NCBI GenBank assembly: GCA_049999805.1
Contig: JBNGIO010006285.1
Span: 90,008-154,007 of the forward strand
Direction: 5' to 3'
DNA length: 64,000 bases
Source of the DNA: Folioceros fuciformis
Lineage: Eukaryota
Shown: in pieces, positions 33,786 through 46,296 of the stretch
Position numbering within the stretch: position 1 is the first letter of the stretch
Layout of the letters: every line of letters begins with the position of its first letter
Position numbers and translations under genes: made by a program
Notes under the pieces: model-generated
Seen by the model: only the letters and a program-made list of their open reading frames with translations
Told to the model about the DNA's origin: nothing
Databases searched by the model: none

Positions 33786-34361
33786 ATGCTCGGCAAGAGC
33801 AAGGAGGTGAGTGGCAGGTATGGTGGCCCGAACGACCTTACCAGGGTGCTGGCTAAGGGGCTGGATCTTCTCAACAGCAGCTCTCCGGATAGCGACCATG
33901 AATTGCTGGAGCTTGTGAAGAAAGCAAAGCGCGACGGAGAGAAGGAACCGGTCCATCTTTCCAAAAAACTCCGCCCGGGTTTGGATCCGCAAATTTCTGC
34001 TGACCTCTGCTTCCTTTTGCTCCACAGTGAGGGTTATACATACCAACGTGCTCTCTCTTTTTGTGCAGGACGTGCGACGGCAGAGCTCTCGGAAGGGCAA
34101 CAGCTGGGACATCGGTCTTCATCCACTACCGTTCCCGCTGATCATGTATGTTTTGCACTTTCTTCCTTGACCATCTGTTCCGCTGCTGCATTTGCCCTGC
34201 AGCTGACGTGTTGATATCAGGTGGCAAGTGGGGCTGATGCTGGAGCAACCAGTACCTCCTCAGGCAGCATCGGGCATGCTCAGGCGCGTTTGATGAATGT
34301 TATAAGGACTGGGACAGCTCGTGGGCGGGGTGACAAGGCTAAACGTAAGGCCAATCGATAG
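33786..34361 (+). CDS. 136-aa three-exon protein, candidate PHD-less Integrator subunit 12 (INTS12)-like
   Basis: Exons 33786-33978, 34069-34145 and 34221-34361 splice in frame with GT-AG introns. N-terminal LTRVLAKGLDLLNSSSPDSDHELLELV and C-terminal HAQARLMNV plus basic tail resemble the two INTS12 terminal motifs as I recall them. Confidence 0.55.
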
Positions 34362-34962
34362 GGGGTATGAGCTTCTTGTGTGAACGTAGTAGCCCTGTAT
34401 CAATTAATTGTCTTTTGCAAACGCTGGGTTGACACATAGTCAGCAATTTTCGCACACATGGTGTCATAATTCGATCGTTTTTCACTTTCTTTCCTCACTA
34501 ATACAGTTCCAAACATGTTAGTTGTTATCTGGCGATGGCCGGCCAGTGAGTTAAAAATCTAACTGCAACCGTAACAAGAATATTGCGCAACCAGCCTCAA
34601 ACTCATGAAACAACCATTCGCAGTCCATAAGCTGGGTCGTATAGGCAACCTCGACACATACGACACCGAAAAAGGAAGCACAAAAGACGCCACTCTCGCT
34701 GAAGAAACTACAATAACTTTCCTCTATATTGTGTACAAGTGGAGATCATTAGTCACCTCTCAAACTGTGGACATCTTGCTTTAACCAGTAACTTCATGTC
34801 CACCTGCCACATCCGTCACATGCAAGGGGAGCTAAGAACCACAACCATAAACCTGCAACGTCTTGAAAATCTGAAGGGACTCAAAAGTTGAACTTTACTA
34901 CGCAGACGTACATTGCAATCTAGTCACGGAAGCACCCGCCTCATACGTTCACAACTTCACGC

Positions 34963-37900
34963 TCATCTAGTCGGTGGAACAATGCGATAATGAAGGTATA
35001 GATCGTCTGACTTTTTCCATACGTAAGCCCTTACCGTAGCCAAACTCATCTCTGCAGGTAAAACCTGTAAAACAAAAATTCCAAATTAGAACCAGCCAGG
35101 CCCATCACATCTCGAATAAAAAGATACAAAATTGGCAGGAACAAGTCAATCGAGTAGAATGTCAGAACTGTATTTGGAAAAAAAAAAAACGAACCTGATT
35201 GTTGCACAATATTTCAACAACTGGCTTGACTTGTTGTTGCCAGACCCTTGAGCTTAGGCCCGGCCTGAAGGTAGCGTGTCCATTGGCCTGATGTCCTGAC
35301 TGCCCTGAACTGGACGCCCCTTCAGAACCACCATCATCTAGTGGCTTCTCTACTATCAGCTTTTCAAGAACGTAGTTCACAACCTGCAAGAAAAGAATAA
35401 GCATTCACAGTCACATCACTCCCTTGGCGATCCCAGCGGTAGGAAAAGGACATCGACTCACCTTATGTATTCGCAGGATTCGAGGTGCGCTTAGTTTTCC
35501 TTGAGTGTGAATTTGAAGTGAGGTCCCATCATAAGGATGTAAATAAAAGCTACACCTGCGAAAATGCCACTGCCTGCTCAGAGTAGACTTGCCAAAGACA
35601 TGACTGACCATAGAAACCTAGTCCAATGCATCAGAAAGGGCATTTACACTACAAGTAGAAAGATTGGCCCCCCAATATGAATCTCAAACAGACAAAAAGC
35701 ATGTGAAGGCTACAACGAAAATTATTCGAGGAGTCGGTTGATCAATACTTTGCATACTCTCGTTGAGGAAGGCGATTATGCAAAACGCATTCAATGCACC
35801 ACCACGGAAGGTCTTTGTCGTCGTCTGTACCATCCAGCTCCGTTGCTTTCTTCCGCCATAGGCCACCTTGTGAGCCCTCAGTGATGATGGATGGTGCAAG
35901 CGTTGAGGGAAACTCAAAGGCAGGAAGCACATGTGGGTGGTGATTTTCACTGTCCTCGTGTGCATCATCGGCTGCTACTCTGACAGACCCGTTTTCACCG
36001 TGCCTACCCTCTCGGTGTGAACCATCCCCATTAGGCATGTGAGACAAGCTGGATCTAAGTCTTCTAGCCAACCAATGACTCAGAAGGCCCCTGAGGGTTT
36101 CCTGCCCCAGATTCAACTAAGACATGAAACCATCGCAGGTCAGTGAGCAGCTATTTGTGGAAACAGGCTAGACAAAAGCCTGTGGACAAAAGCCATCAAG
36201 TACCTTTAACTCTTCAGAGGCATTCGGTACTTGCAAGTCAACTGCATACATCTCCGCCGAGAAGCAATTTGGAGTGTCAAGGTGAATAGCGATACTACCA
36301 AGTCTCGTATCCATAGTGAACCAGGCTGGGACACTAACCTGTTGAGACAAGCATCAGAGTGTGCCATACTAATCAGGCACATACTGGCAATGCCTACAGT
36401 CCAACAACCTGGATGAATGCTGGAGAATGGAACAACGTACTCACCATCTCAAACATCTCTTTATCCTTTTCATCGAGTGAAATCTAAACATGGGGAAGAG
36501 GCAAAGGTGAGTTACAGACCATGTCCGTACCGGAGATTTCAAATGAGAACACACGAACGCCATTGCAGCAAACACATATCATCTCTTCAGAAGCACCAAA
36601 AATCACTCCTCCAACTCAGCTCACACCAAACACAGTCACCATACCTTGCCATAGTCTGCAATAACTGCCCCACGTGTGATTTCCCATAGCTTCACCACAC
36701 CGGCTGTGTCCTGTGCAAAACGAGGCCGGCAAACCCTATAATTAGAAAGCTCAGACACAACACACCATACCTTACAATCACAGGCATGTATAACTCAAAC
36801 ATGCAACAGAAAGCTGCAACAACCTGAGTTAGAACATGTCGCCTATCATTCAAAATCGCGTGCCGCACAATACCAGCATTCCCGCTTATCACAGTGTGAG
36901 GCTCTGAATACATAGGAGTCTGGACAACCACAACGAAATTAGCCTACTGCCAGCAGATGATATTATGTGCTCAACTGTCACCACTGAAAGACTGTTTTAT
37001 GGGTTACGGTTACACATACAACCCACAATGCCTTAATAGCCCAGGCCACCAGAATCTAGACCTAGCAATGACTTGCCAAAGCGGAAACAACAACTTATAC
37101 TGGTACATACCGGAGCAGAGCCTTCCAAGCAGGCTCTTGCACGGGCGAAGGGAAGTGATCCAGCCACAAAGGAGCTTGCTCTATGAAGTGACTTCACCTG
37201 GCCCTTCTCCTGAGCAGGCCATTTGTGTAAGGATGAGTCTGTTGTGGCAACCCAAAGCCACTCGCCACCTTGTAATGCCAACTTCTGTACAGGATGTTGC
37301 TCCATGAATAAAAGTGTGCTTTCCCGGGACACCAAATCTGTCAGATACACCTGAAGAGATTGCCACAAAATCAGCCATCATTACCTTCTCATCGTTCACA
37401 ATAGTAAAAGAACCGGTTCAGGCTTCCATCAGCATCAGAGAATTGAAGGAGCTACCGAAAGGTCTCGCCCTCCGCTGTAGACATGGCTAAATGACGGTGT
37501 TGCTGCTAGAGTCCAAACCGAGTCTGTATGAACAGCGTATGAATGTATACAGCGCTGCTGCCCCAGATCCCAGAGACTGCAACAGGCAGAAACTTAAAAT
37601 TAGTTGTTAACAATGGTGAAGCCAAATGGAGGGGACTGTCATGGACATTGCACACAAAGCCTTGAGAACTAGATTACCATAGAGTGAAAAAAACACGCAG
37701 GCTTGGGAAATTTGAAATGAAGGCCACAACATCCGTGAGAAAAAGAGCTCACCGAATCATAGAATCCGAGGATCCTGATAAACAGTACCTGTAAATGCAT
37801 CAGCCATGAACGATCATGGGTCGCACTTAACATGGAAAGAAAATTTCAGACCGGCATGTCCACTAATAATCAACACAGGCTGGATATAAAGCAGTGAGCC

Positions 37901-39738
37901 TGGAACATGCCCATCTCAGAAAAGGTTGATGCCCAAAACCGTCAGTACCCCACAATGAAGGCATTATGCATGTAAAACGGTATCCAGTGCTAATTAAGAC
38001 CACAAAACGTCCACGCTTCGGTTAATAGGAAAAATTGACCAACCATCCTGTAAAAGGCACCTGTAGATGCCCTTCCCAGAGAGGGAACAACAAATGCCAA
38101 CTTACAACGAATGCCAGACGTGATCAGCAGTACTGGCCTAGCACAGCTGTATAAACACTACGAAAGAGCACGCTTTCAGCCTCTGCCCACACAGTGAAAG
38201 AGAAGCAACATTGGGACTAGAGCCTCATGACTGCACAAAGCCATCACCAGAAACAAATTTGGGTTGTCGCACTGACGAGGGACTCATATATGACAGGGTA
38301 TGGACACACAATCAAACCTATACCTTTCTGAAGAGTCCAGAAGTAGTGCTCGAACATTATCTGTATGCCCTTTCAACTTCATTTGCTTGGCTCCTGTTCT
38401 AGGATCCCAAACTCGAATTGCCTGATCGGACAAGGAAGGACTACGTCAGTATGGTTCCCCGAGTGGAGGGGAATGGTGGGAAAAGAAGCACAAAATATTG
38501 CAAGCAAACCAAGCTACCTTTTCAGTGCCTCCAGACACTAGAACAGTGCCAGATTCATTAATGGCGAGAGAATAGACGGACTCCTTGTGACCCTTGGCTG
38601 GTAGCGGAATGTAGCCAGACGAAGGGTTGGCAAGGGGAGGAGCAGCGTTGTTACTGCTGAAATTCGAGCGGTCTAGGCCAGGTCCACCGGAGGTAGGAAC
38701 TGGAGCAGGACCAGTACTTGAAGGATGGGCTCTATCGAATACAGCCTCTTCTGCACCTCCACTGCCTGCCCTTGCAACAGGTTTCATGGCGGCCTCGAGG
38801 TCCCATAGAAACACTTCACGTCCCAAACCGCCGGATGCAACGACATTTGTCTGGCCCAACACAGGGAGCGTGTCGTGGTCAGCACTAGAATACTGCATGC
38901 CCTGCATGCCTTGAGACCTACCCCACGTGACTAGCGCCACACGAAAGTTGCAAAATTCACGAGTGCCTGGTAGCAGCCCGCAGCTGTAGGCACGTATTAC
39001 TCACATGCCTTGCGGCAGCCAAAGAAGTGACATAGTCGGTGTGCTGCCTGAAAGTCCTGGTGCATTCACCATAAGACGAGGCCCGCCAGGTCTGCCAAAG
39101 CCATCATGCAGCACAAGGTCATCCCTTTTTTCCTTCCCCTAACCCAACTCACTCGAAACGAGGTAAGCTGAAACAAGGTCCGTACCTTGATAGTGGTATC
39201 CGACGAGCACGAAACGAGTGTATCGTCCCCAGTCAGCACCACATCATTCACCTGAGGCGAGCCGAGTCAAGGCGAGCCGAGCAAACAGCGTGCAAAAAGA
39301 GAAAAAAAATTACAGCTGAAAAGCAGCCCGAGGACGCGGGATCCGCATGCATACCCAGTCGACATGCGACTCGAAAGTGGCCCGGCATACGGCAACTTCA
39401 TCCCCCAGTTCCCATCTCCGGATGGTGCCATCCCGGCTGCCAGAAAAGAGGTCACCGTCTCGGCCGTCGCGCGCATACGGGTTGGTGGTGATCAGTGTGT
39501 TGATCCCGGAGCAGTGCTGCACAAGGCATGAGAGGGGGCACAAAAGGGGCGCACATGGCAGGGACATAGGGATGTCCGTGAGACGCGAATTGGCAGGCAT
39601 GACGGAAAATTCAGCGGGCTCCGGAATCGTATGCAGCACCTTGGAGTCGTTAGAGTCGCGCAGCACGTATGTGAGGCGGCGTTCCTTGCGAGGGCGGGCG
39701 GCATTGGCGGCATTTCCTGTGCTGCCCACGCGATGCAT
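34963..39738 (-). CDS. WDR48: WD40 + DUF3337 protein, WDR48/UAF1 orthologue (plant LRS1)
   Basis: MHRVGSTGN...[91 protein letters not shown]. Confidence 0.95.
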
Positions 39739-40563
39739 GCTCACAATCTCCGCTCCCGCGCATCCGCTGCTGCACCTCCTGCTGCTGCGTCTGCTGCTGC
39801 TGCTGCTGCGATCACCTCATCCTCCTCCGGCTGCCGCATTCACACGGCTCCTGGGTCCTGGTTCCCGTCTCCTCCCCCGTCTCGTCTCGTCTCGGCTCCG
39901 CTCGTCTCGTCTAGCCCTCGTCTCTACACTCCACGCGATCGCTCGCACTTGGACTTGCCTTCCTCCTGATGCAGCTGGCCGCTCCTTCCTGGCTTTGCCT
40001 GGAAATGAAGTCTCCACTCCGGTCACAGACCTAGCGGGTCCCTCACTTTCCCTTTTTCGCTTACATGGCAAACCAGAGGACATGCCTCTATTCCTTTCGC
40101 CCTCTCTTTCTTTCAGTTTTTAATTCCCAACACATATATACATACCCGCACATATACATATCAATACAGCACAGCCAGCACGTTACATCGGTAAACGCAT
40201 CTTCCGCCAGCCTGCTGACAAAGACGCATCGCCCCTGGTAGACTAGGTACCCAATCTTTAAAAGAATATCTATAAAATTTCACATTTTGTTAATTAGCCA
40301 CTTATATTTTTTAATTTCATATTACCATATTATAAATTATTAAAAATATTATATAGTATTATGATGATATTAGTAAGATTATTCACAGCTGTTGGTAAGC
40401 ATATTGCTCCTAGGGAAAGGCCCATCCCTTCCGGGCCATCCAACACAAGTCCATGACTTGATTCTTTCGTACATCATTTTCTAGAAGTAATAAGTAGCTC
40501 TCATTAGGGAAGGAGGAGTTAAGTAGTTCCATTTCAAACCAACCCTTTTGATCCTAGATGGAG

Positions 40564-40795
40564 CCTATCATTCTACTCCATGATAGAGCTTGCAGGAGAC
40601 ATAGTCCATTTTGTCTTGAAGGAGCATGATAGAGCTTGGAGGAGACATAGTTAATTTTGTCTTGAAGGAGTGAAATGTAGAAGAAACTTGGACATAATTG
40701 AGGACACTATCATTCTACTCCATGATAGAGCTTGGAGGAGACAGTCGATTTTGTCTTGAAGGAGTGAAATGTAGAAGAAACTTGGACATAATTGG
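40564..40795. repeat. Compound direct repeats in an AT-rich intergenic region
   Basis: catgatagagcttg.aggagaca...ttttgtcttgaaggag three times; tgaaatgtagaagaaacttggacataattg twice. Confidence 0.75.
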
Positions 40796-40965
40796 TACAT
40801 TTCTCATCCAGAGAGCACAGCTGATGAAATCAATGAATGATCAAAATCAATGAAGGTGTGCAAGGAACGGCTGTTTCCTGGAATTCAGAGCATGAGGCAA
40901 AGGCTTGCTGTGATCTTTGGATGTTCATCTGTATCCCTGTGACCCATTTGCATGTTCATCCCGTA

Positions 40966-41064
40966 TGACTCCTTTGCATGATCTCCTGTGATTCCTTTGC
41001 ATGATCTCCTGTGACTCCTTTGCATGATCTCCTGTGACTCCTTTGCATGATCTCGGTGACTCCC
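40966..41064. repeat. 23-bp minisatellite, about 4 copies
   Basis: tgactcctttgcatgatctcctg in tandem. Confidence 0.85.
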
Positions 41065-42103
41065 GTGCATGTTCATCCGTCTCCACAGGGACTCCTTCCT
41101 GTCGACATGTCCCCGCGTGCACAGCATGAGGTTTCTCTCCTTCACCAGACTCTGCTCAGTGTATCAGAAGTCTGGAATCAATGCCGCTGCCTAGGGTTTC
41201 GATGCACTGCAAGTAGGCGTGAAAATAATCCATACAGTCCACTTAAGGCTGTAGGGTGACAGGATCACCTAGAGGCTCGGTTCCGGCCATACTCTGGGTG
41301 AGGGTGAGGGCAGAGAGGTGTCCACGCGGCATGTCAGCACCACGATCACCACAACACCGCATATTTCTCCTTCTCACACTCCTCCGAGACGCTCTTGACG
41401 CAGTGGCAGCGACTGGGATGGAACTGGACAGCTGGTTCAGCATGATCTCAATACAATACGTGCTCAGGAGGGGCCTTACTGGATTAGGCATCACGAAGAT
41501 CGGAAGTCCAGAGTCTGGACAACCGAAGGCTAAACAGACACACACGCCCTAAGGGGAGCATGGAAACGCAGGCATCAGACTAACAGCAGACCTAAGCCGT
41601 CACTTCCCGCAAGGGATAAAAATTCTATCAACTGGTCAGAATTCTTATCCCTTACCGGCAGGAAGAGGAAAGGCCGCCATAGCCGAAACATAGCTCCTCA
41701 GAGGTCCGTCAAGCCACCGGGCGTCCTCCAAGAGGCAAGTGCAGCATAGCCAAGTCGAGGGACTGGTCAGTCGTGAAAATTAGTATAGACTTGATGCCAA
41801 AGGCGGAATTACTTCCTCTCTACCTTCAAATCCGAGTCCCCGTGCAATATTAACTAAATCGGTGTTAATAGGCCTAGGCCAAGAATGGAATACAAGATGC
41901 ACATGTAAGGAAATTTATGCGCTAGATTTGTTAGTTTGCTGGGAGCCCTAAAGCAACCTGCGCCTATACATGTATGTATGTATGTATGAGTGGAAGGGTT
42001 TCCATGGTAGAACCCGTCCATTAAGTCCGTGGAGTGCCAATCGTGAATTCTTTCTGAAGTCTTTCTTCGGCCGGCGCGGGTGACCTATCTTCAAGCGCTC
42101 AGG

Positions 42104-43186
42104 ATGGCAGAGCGAGCTGGAGGCGAGAGGTCAGGTGGTGGCGGCGACAGAGGTGGTTTCGGGCGGGGCTTCGGAGGCGGCGGCGGACGAGGGGAAGGAG
42201 GAGGTCGTGGCCGTGGAGATGGAGGCGGCCGTGGAGGCCGGGGTGGTGGCGGAGACCGCCGGGGCGGACGCAGGGGTGCCAAGAGGGATGAGGAAGAGAA
42301 GTGGGTGCCGGTCACCAAGCTGGGCCGACTGGTGAAGGAGGGCAAAATCCGCTCCCTGGAGCAGATTTATTTGTTCTCTCTCCACATCAAGGAACACCAG
42401 ATTGTGGAGTTCTTCCTCGGGGCAGCTCTGAAGGATGAGGTGATGAAGATCATGCCCGTGCAGAAGCAGACCCGGGCCGGCCAGCGCACCCGCTTCAAGG
42501 CGTTCGTTGTGGTCGGGGACAGTAACGGCCATGTCGGTTTGGGCGTGAAGTGCTCTAAGGAGGTGGCTACTGCTATCCGGGGTGCGATCATCGTGGCCAA
42601 GCTGTCCGTCATCCCCGTTCGCAGAGGGTACTGGGGTAACAAGATTGGGAAGCCGCACACTGTGCCCTGCAAGGTTACGGGGAAGTGCGGCTCTGTTACC
42701 GTGAGGTTGGTACCTGCTCCCAGAGGTTCTGGTATCGTGGCCGCCCGCGTGCCGAAGAAGGTTTTGCAGTTCGCAGGAATCGAGGACGTGTTCACCTCCT
42801 CTCGCGGTTCCACCAAGACGCTCGGAAATTTTGTCAAGGTAATGGTTTTTCTGGCCCCGCCGGCCCTTTCGACTGTTAGGGTCGGTTTTAGGGTTTTCTT
42901 ATCTTAGTGTCCTTTTGGTGCTGCAGTCCTCCGATTGCTTTTTGTGAGTCACGCAAGGTTTTCGTTTTTGCCTGTGTGGTCAGCTCGGACTCGTGCTCAT
43001 GTTCGGTCTCGCTTGTGGTTTTGTCAGGCAACCTTCCAGTGCTTGCTGAAGACTTACGGGTTTTTGACGCCGGACTTGTGGAAGGAGACTAGGTTTACAA
43101 AGTCTCCATTCCAGGAGTTTACTGATTTCCTGGCCAAGCCCCACAAGATTAGTGCTATTGAGGATGTAGACAAGACGCCCTATTGA
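42104..43186 (+). CDS. RPS2: 40S ribosomal protein S2 (uS5), two exons
   Basis: RGG-rich N-terminus, [28 protein letters not shown], intron 42839-43028, [16 protein letters not shown]. Confidence 0.98.
42876..42896. promoter_or_regulatory. Telo-box motifs in the RPS2 intron
   Basis: ttagggt...ttttagggttt; telo-boxes are typical of plant ribosomal protein genes. Confidence 0.45.
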
Positions 43187-43624
43187 GAACTTTTTCTGTT
43201 TGGAGTTGCCGTGGCTCCTAATGCCGTAGTAGGCATTCCTGGTAGCCCTTTTTTGTACTGGCTTCATCATGTTGCCTCAAGCGTAAATCTCACAATTTGG
43301 TTTGGCACCAACATCCGAGTCTTTTATGTTTTTGGTTGGCCTCGTAGGCTTGAGGTAGCGGTTTTGGGTTTTCACGAGCATGTTTTATTAATTGGTCTGG
43401 ACGGATACCCTGCCCTGCGCAAGATGCTGGCTATCTCACCTCAAGATGCGCTATTTCACTTCTAGAAGACTCGATTTGTTCTGAAGTGTTCGGAGCAGAC
43501 TGCCCTTGCTCATGCTGGTTACATCTCCATCTGTCCTTTTTCAGGTGAATGTGCAGAAGATATAACGCCACCGAATGGAGACGTTCTTCACTGGACTAGT
43601 TTGCTGCTCGTGTTCGTCACTGAA

Positions 43625-44273
43625 CTAGAAGATATGCAACACGAAGTGTGCGATGGCCTTGTCTCTGTCGTTGTCGTAGAGACGTAATGCTCCAGCAATT
43701 GCTGCTGACGGGAAGCCCATCTCTCGCAACAACAGGTACGAAGGGCAGAACCCCAGGATCTGCAAGAAAGCAGACTTCTGTGTACTAGACTAATTTAAGT
43801 TTTGCGATGAAAATGAATTGCGGCAGAGCACAGTTCCGAGGGCCAAACCTGACCTTATCTTGAACGTCGCCGAATGTTACTAAGGCCATGGCAACGGCCT
43901 CTCTGTCCAAGCCCATTTCGACATACCTGGCTTCTACCGGATCTTCGGCCACGGCCTGACAATTTTTTCGTTAGTTTAGCTCCAGCTTAACAGAAATGCA
44001 TACAAGCCTTAGAGCCAACAAATGGCATGGGGAACTCACAGATGTTACGACAGAACCATCCTGCCGAGCACCCAATTCATAATCTGCAACCACGCGTCGC
44101 TCAAAGTCGAAGTCAGGTTGAAAGACGCTTTGCGACACATCCCTGGCTAGAGGCTGCAATGTGGCAGGCCCTGCCACTTGGTACTCGGCATTCATCACCA
44201 TTTTAATCCCATTGCCATCTCCTTGGCCTCCTTCTCCGAGCACAGGAGGGGGAATCGCATCGGGCTGGGCCAT
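43625..44273 (-). CDS. Small UBAP1-like protein with C-terminal UBA repeats, three exons
   Basis: FQPDFDFERRVV motif, then DPVEARYVEMGLDREAVAMAL and LREMGFPSAAIAGALRLYDNDRDKAIAHF (UBA MGF loop). Confidence 0.82.
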
Positions 44274-44627
44274 ACGGGGCTGGTTCCCACTTAGCCTTGG
44301 CCTTCAATATTTCTGGTTATGGCTTCTTGATTCATTCTTGGTTTTTTTTTTTGTTTTTGGTGGCCTTGTTTGGATTTTTCCTCTCTACCCTACACTGGCA
44401 TGGACTGGATTGGACGGAGTCCTGAATCCCTCTTCCCCCCCACGTCAAGGGACATCAGACGAAGTGTGTAACGTGATTAAAGGCGCACCCTGCCTTAGGA
44501 GGTCTCGGATGCAGGAAGAACGCACCACTGATTTCCTGGCGACCACGTCCCGTGAGAGTTTCTTTTGCGGGCTCGCATCCAGAAATAGTGGTTAAATGTG
44601 AGAGGCGGGCGATAAAATTACCTCATA

Positions 44628-45985
44628 ATGTTCGTTATTTTGATGGTGCTCATTGCTGCTCCGTGCTTGGCACTTCTTGGGGCATCCCAAAACAGAACAG
44701 GGAGAGCAAGGCAGGATCTGGAGTTCACATGTGGCAGAATGGAAACTGGGTGCTTCGCACTCAACTTGACGAGGATGTGCTGCATGCAGCGGAGACTAAC
44801 ATGCCAGGATGGCAGGAAAGTATATGCCCCGGACTGGCAGAGCATCCACAGGCTCCGGACTGTCAGGGAACCTCTTCGCCTGGTGCGGGCTAAAACAGGC
44901 GGTAGGCAGCGGACATACCAGCAGCTTGATGCTACGCACCAAAATGCGGAAGACGAGGTCTACATGCAAATGGCGTTGGAGGAGGCGAGGAAAGCCTTTC
45001 TCGCTGGAGACGTGCCCGTGGGCGCTGTGTTGGTGCATCAGGGGGACGTTGTGGCTAGAGCGTTTAATAGGTATGCCAGAAGAACATCCCTAGGTTGTAG
45101 AGGGCTGAGGAATGTGCCTGGATGGAAGCTTTCCCAAGGAGCTGAGAAATCTGCACGAGCAGCACGCATGCTCTTGTGTGTTGTCTTGTGTTGTGGAGCG
45201 GGTGGAGTGGAAGCTTGCTCACAAGAAGCTGAGGGATGACCTTGTCCAGAAAGAACGGATGTTGTGTGGTGTGGAGGGCATCTCACAGGGAGTTGAGGAA
45301 TGTTGTGCAGAGTGGAAGCCGAGGGTGATCCCACTGCACATGCTGAAATGCTGTGCATCCAGCGTGCTGCTTTAGTTCTTGGGGGTTGGAGATTGCTGGT
45401 AGGCTATGTCGTGATGGTCTCCTGGCACCGTTGGGAGTATCATCTGGACTGTTTCTTACACTTTTGTGTTTACGTCGTGTCTCAGGACTCAACACTCTAC
45501 GTGACGCTGGAACCTTGTCCAATGTGCGCTGGAGCTTTGCTTCAGGCTCGGGTAGGGCAGGTTGTGTGGGGGGCGAAGAATACATTGCTCGGTGCTGATG
45601 GCAGCTGGATCAGGTAGGAAGCGAGCAATTCATGCGAGAAGCCTTTGCAAACAGGGTTTGTTATTTAACATCAATCCGTTCTGGTTGGTTGGTGGTTCGC
45701 AGCCTCTTTCCCAAAAAGAACGAGTCGGTGCATTGTAAAGACCGTGCTGACACCAGCAATGGAGAAGGGCCAATCCATCCGTTCCATCCAGACGTGATCG
45801 TAAGACGTGGGGTGCTTGCTCCCAGATGCTCGCAAATGATGAAGAGCTTCTTCCAGATGAGAAGGAAGTCGGGGCGAAAGTCAGTTCGTCGCTCCGGAAT
45901 CTCTCGTCATCCACTTATTCGGCTGCTCCTGGTTTGGGCGGGACAAGCAATCAAGGCCTTTCACAGGAAATTGTCCAGGAAATAA
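44628..45985 (+). CDS. TADA: tRNA adenosine(34) deaminase, plastid TadA type, four exons
   Basis: YMQMALEEA...VPVGAVLV, DPTAHAEM, LYVTLEPCPMCAGA, LLGADGSW, HPFHP, MKSFFQMRR. Start codon uncertain. Confidence 0.92.
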
Positions 45986-46296
45986 ACTTCTGTTGGATAT
46001 GTACAACTCCCGTTCAGAAGGTCGTCTGGCGTGTTCAGGCAGTTGACGCGCATCCGCATTTTCAGGCAGTGGAGGCGGATTTCAATCTATAGCAGGAGCT
46101 ACAGCACAGGGACAAACATTGAAACAGGCTACGGGAGCACACATGGAAGATTTTGGACCTCACTAGAAGACAAGTACAGTGGCGATTACAATATTCCACA
46201 AGAGGAAGACAAGGATGGTAAGGAGGTATGGCCAGACTCCGTCCGCACCTTCGCGTTTCTCTCTGAGAGACGATGTCTCTGAGAACGGACATCTGC

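Noticed and set aside
11626-45985. Functional cluster of organellar RNA-modification genes (TPR, PPR, HTH-RRM, TadA)
   Set aside because: They are interspersed with unrelated housekeeping genes over 34 kb, which is compatible with chance in a gene-dense genome.
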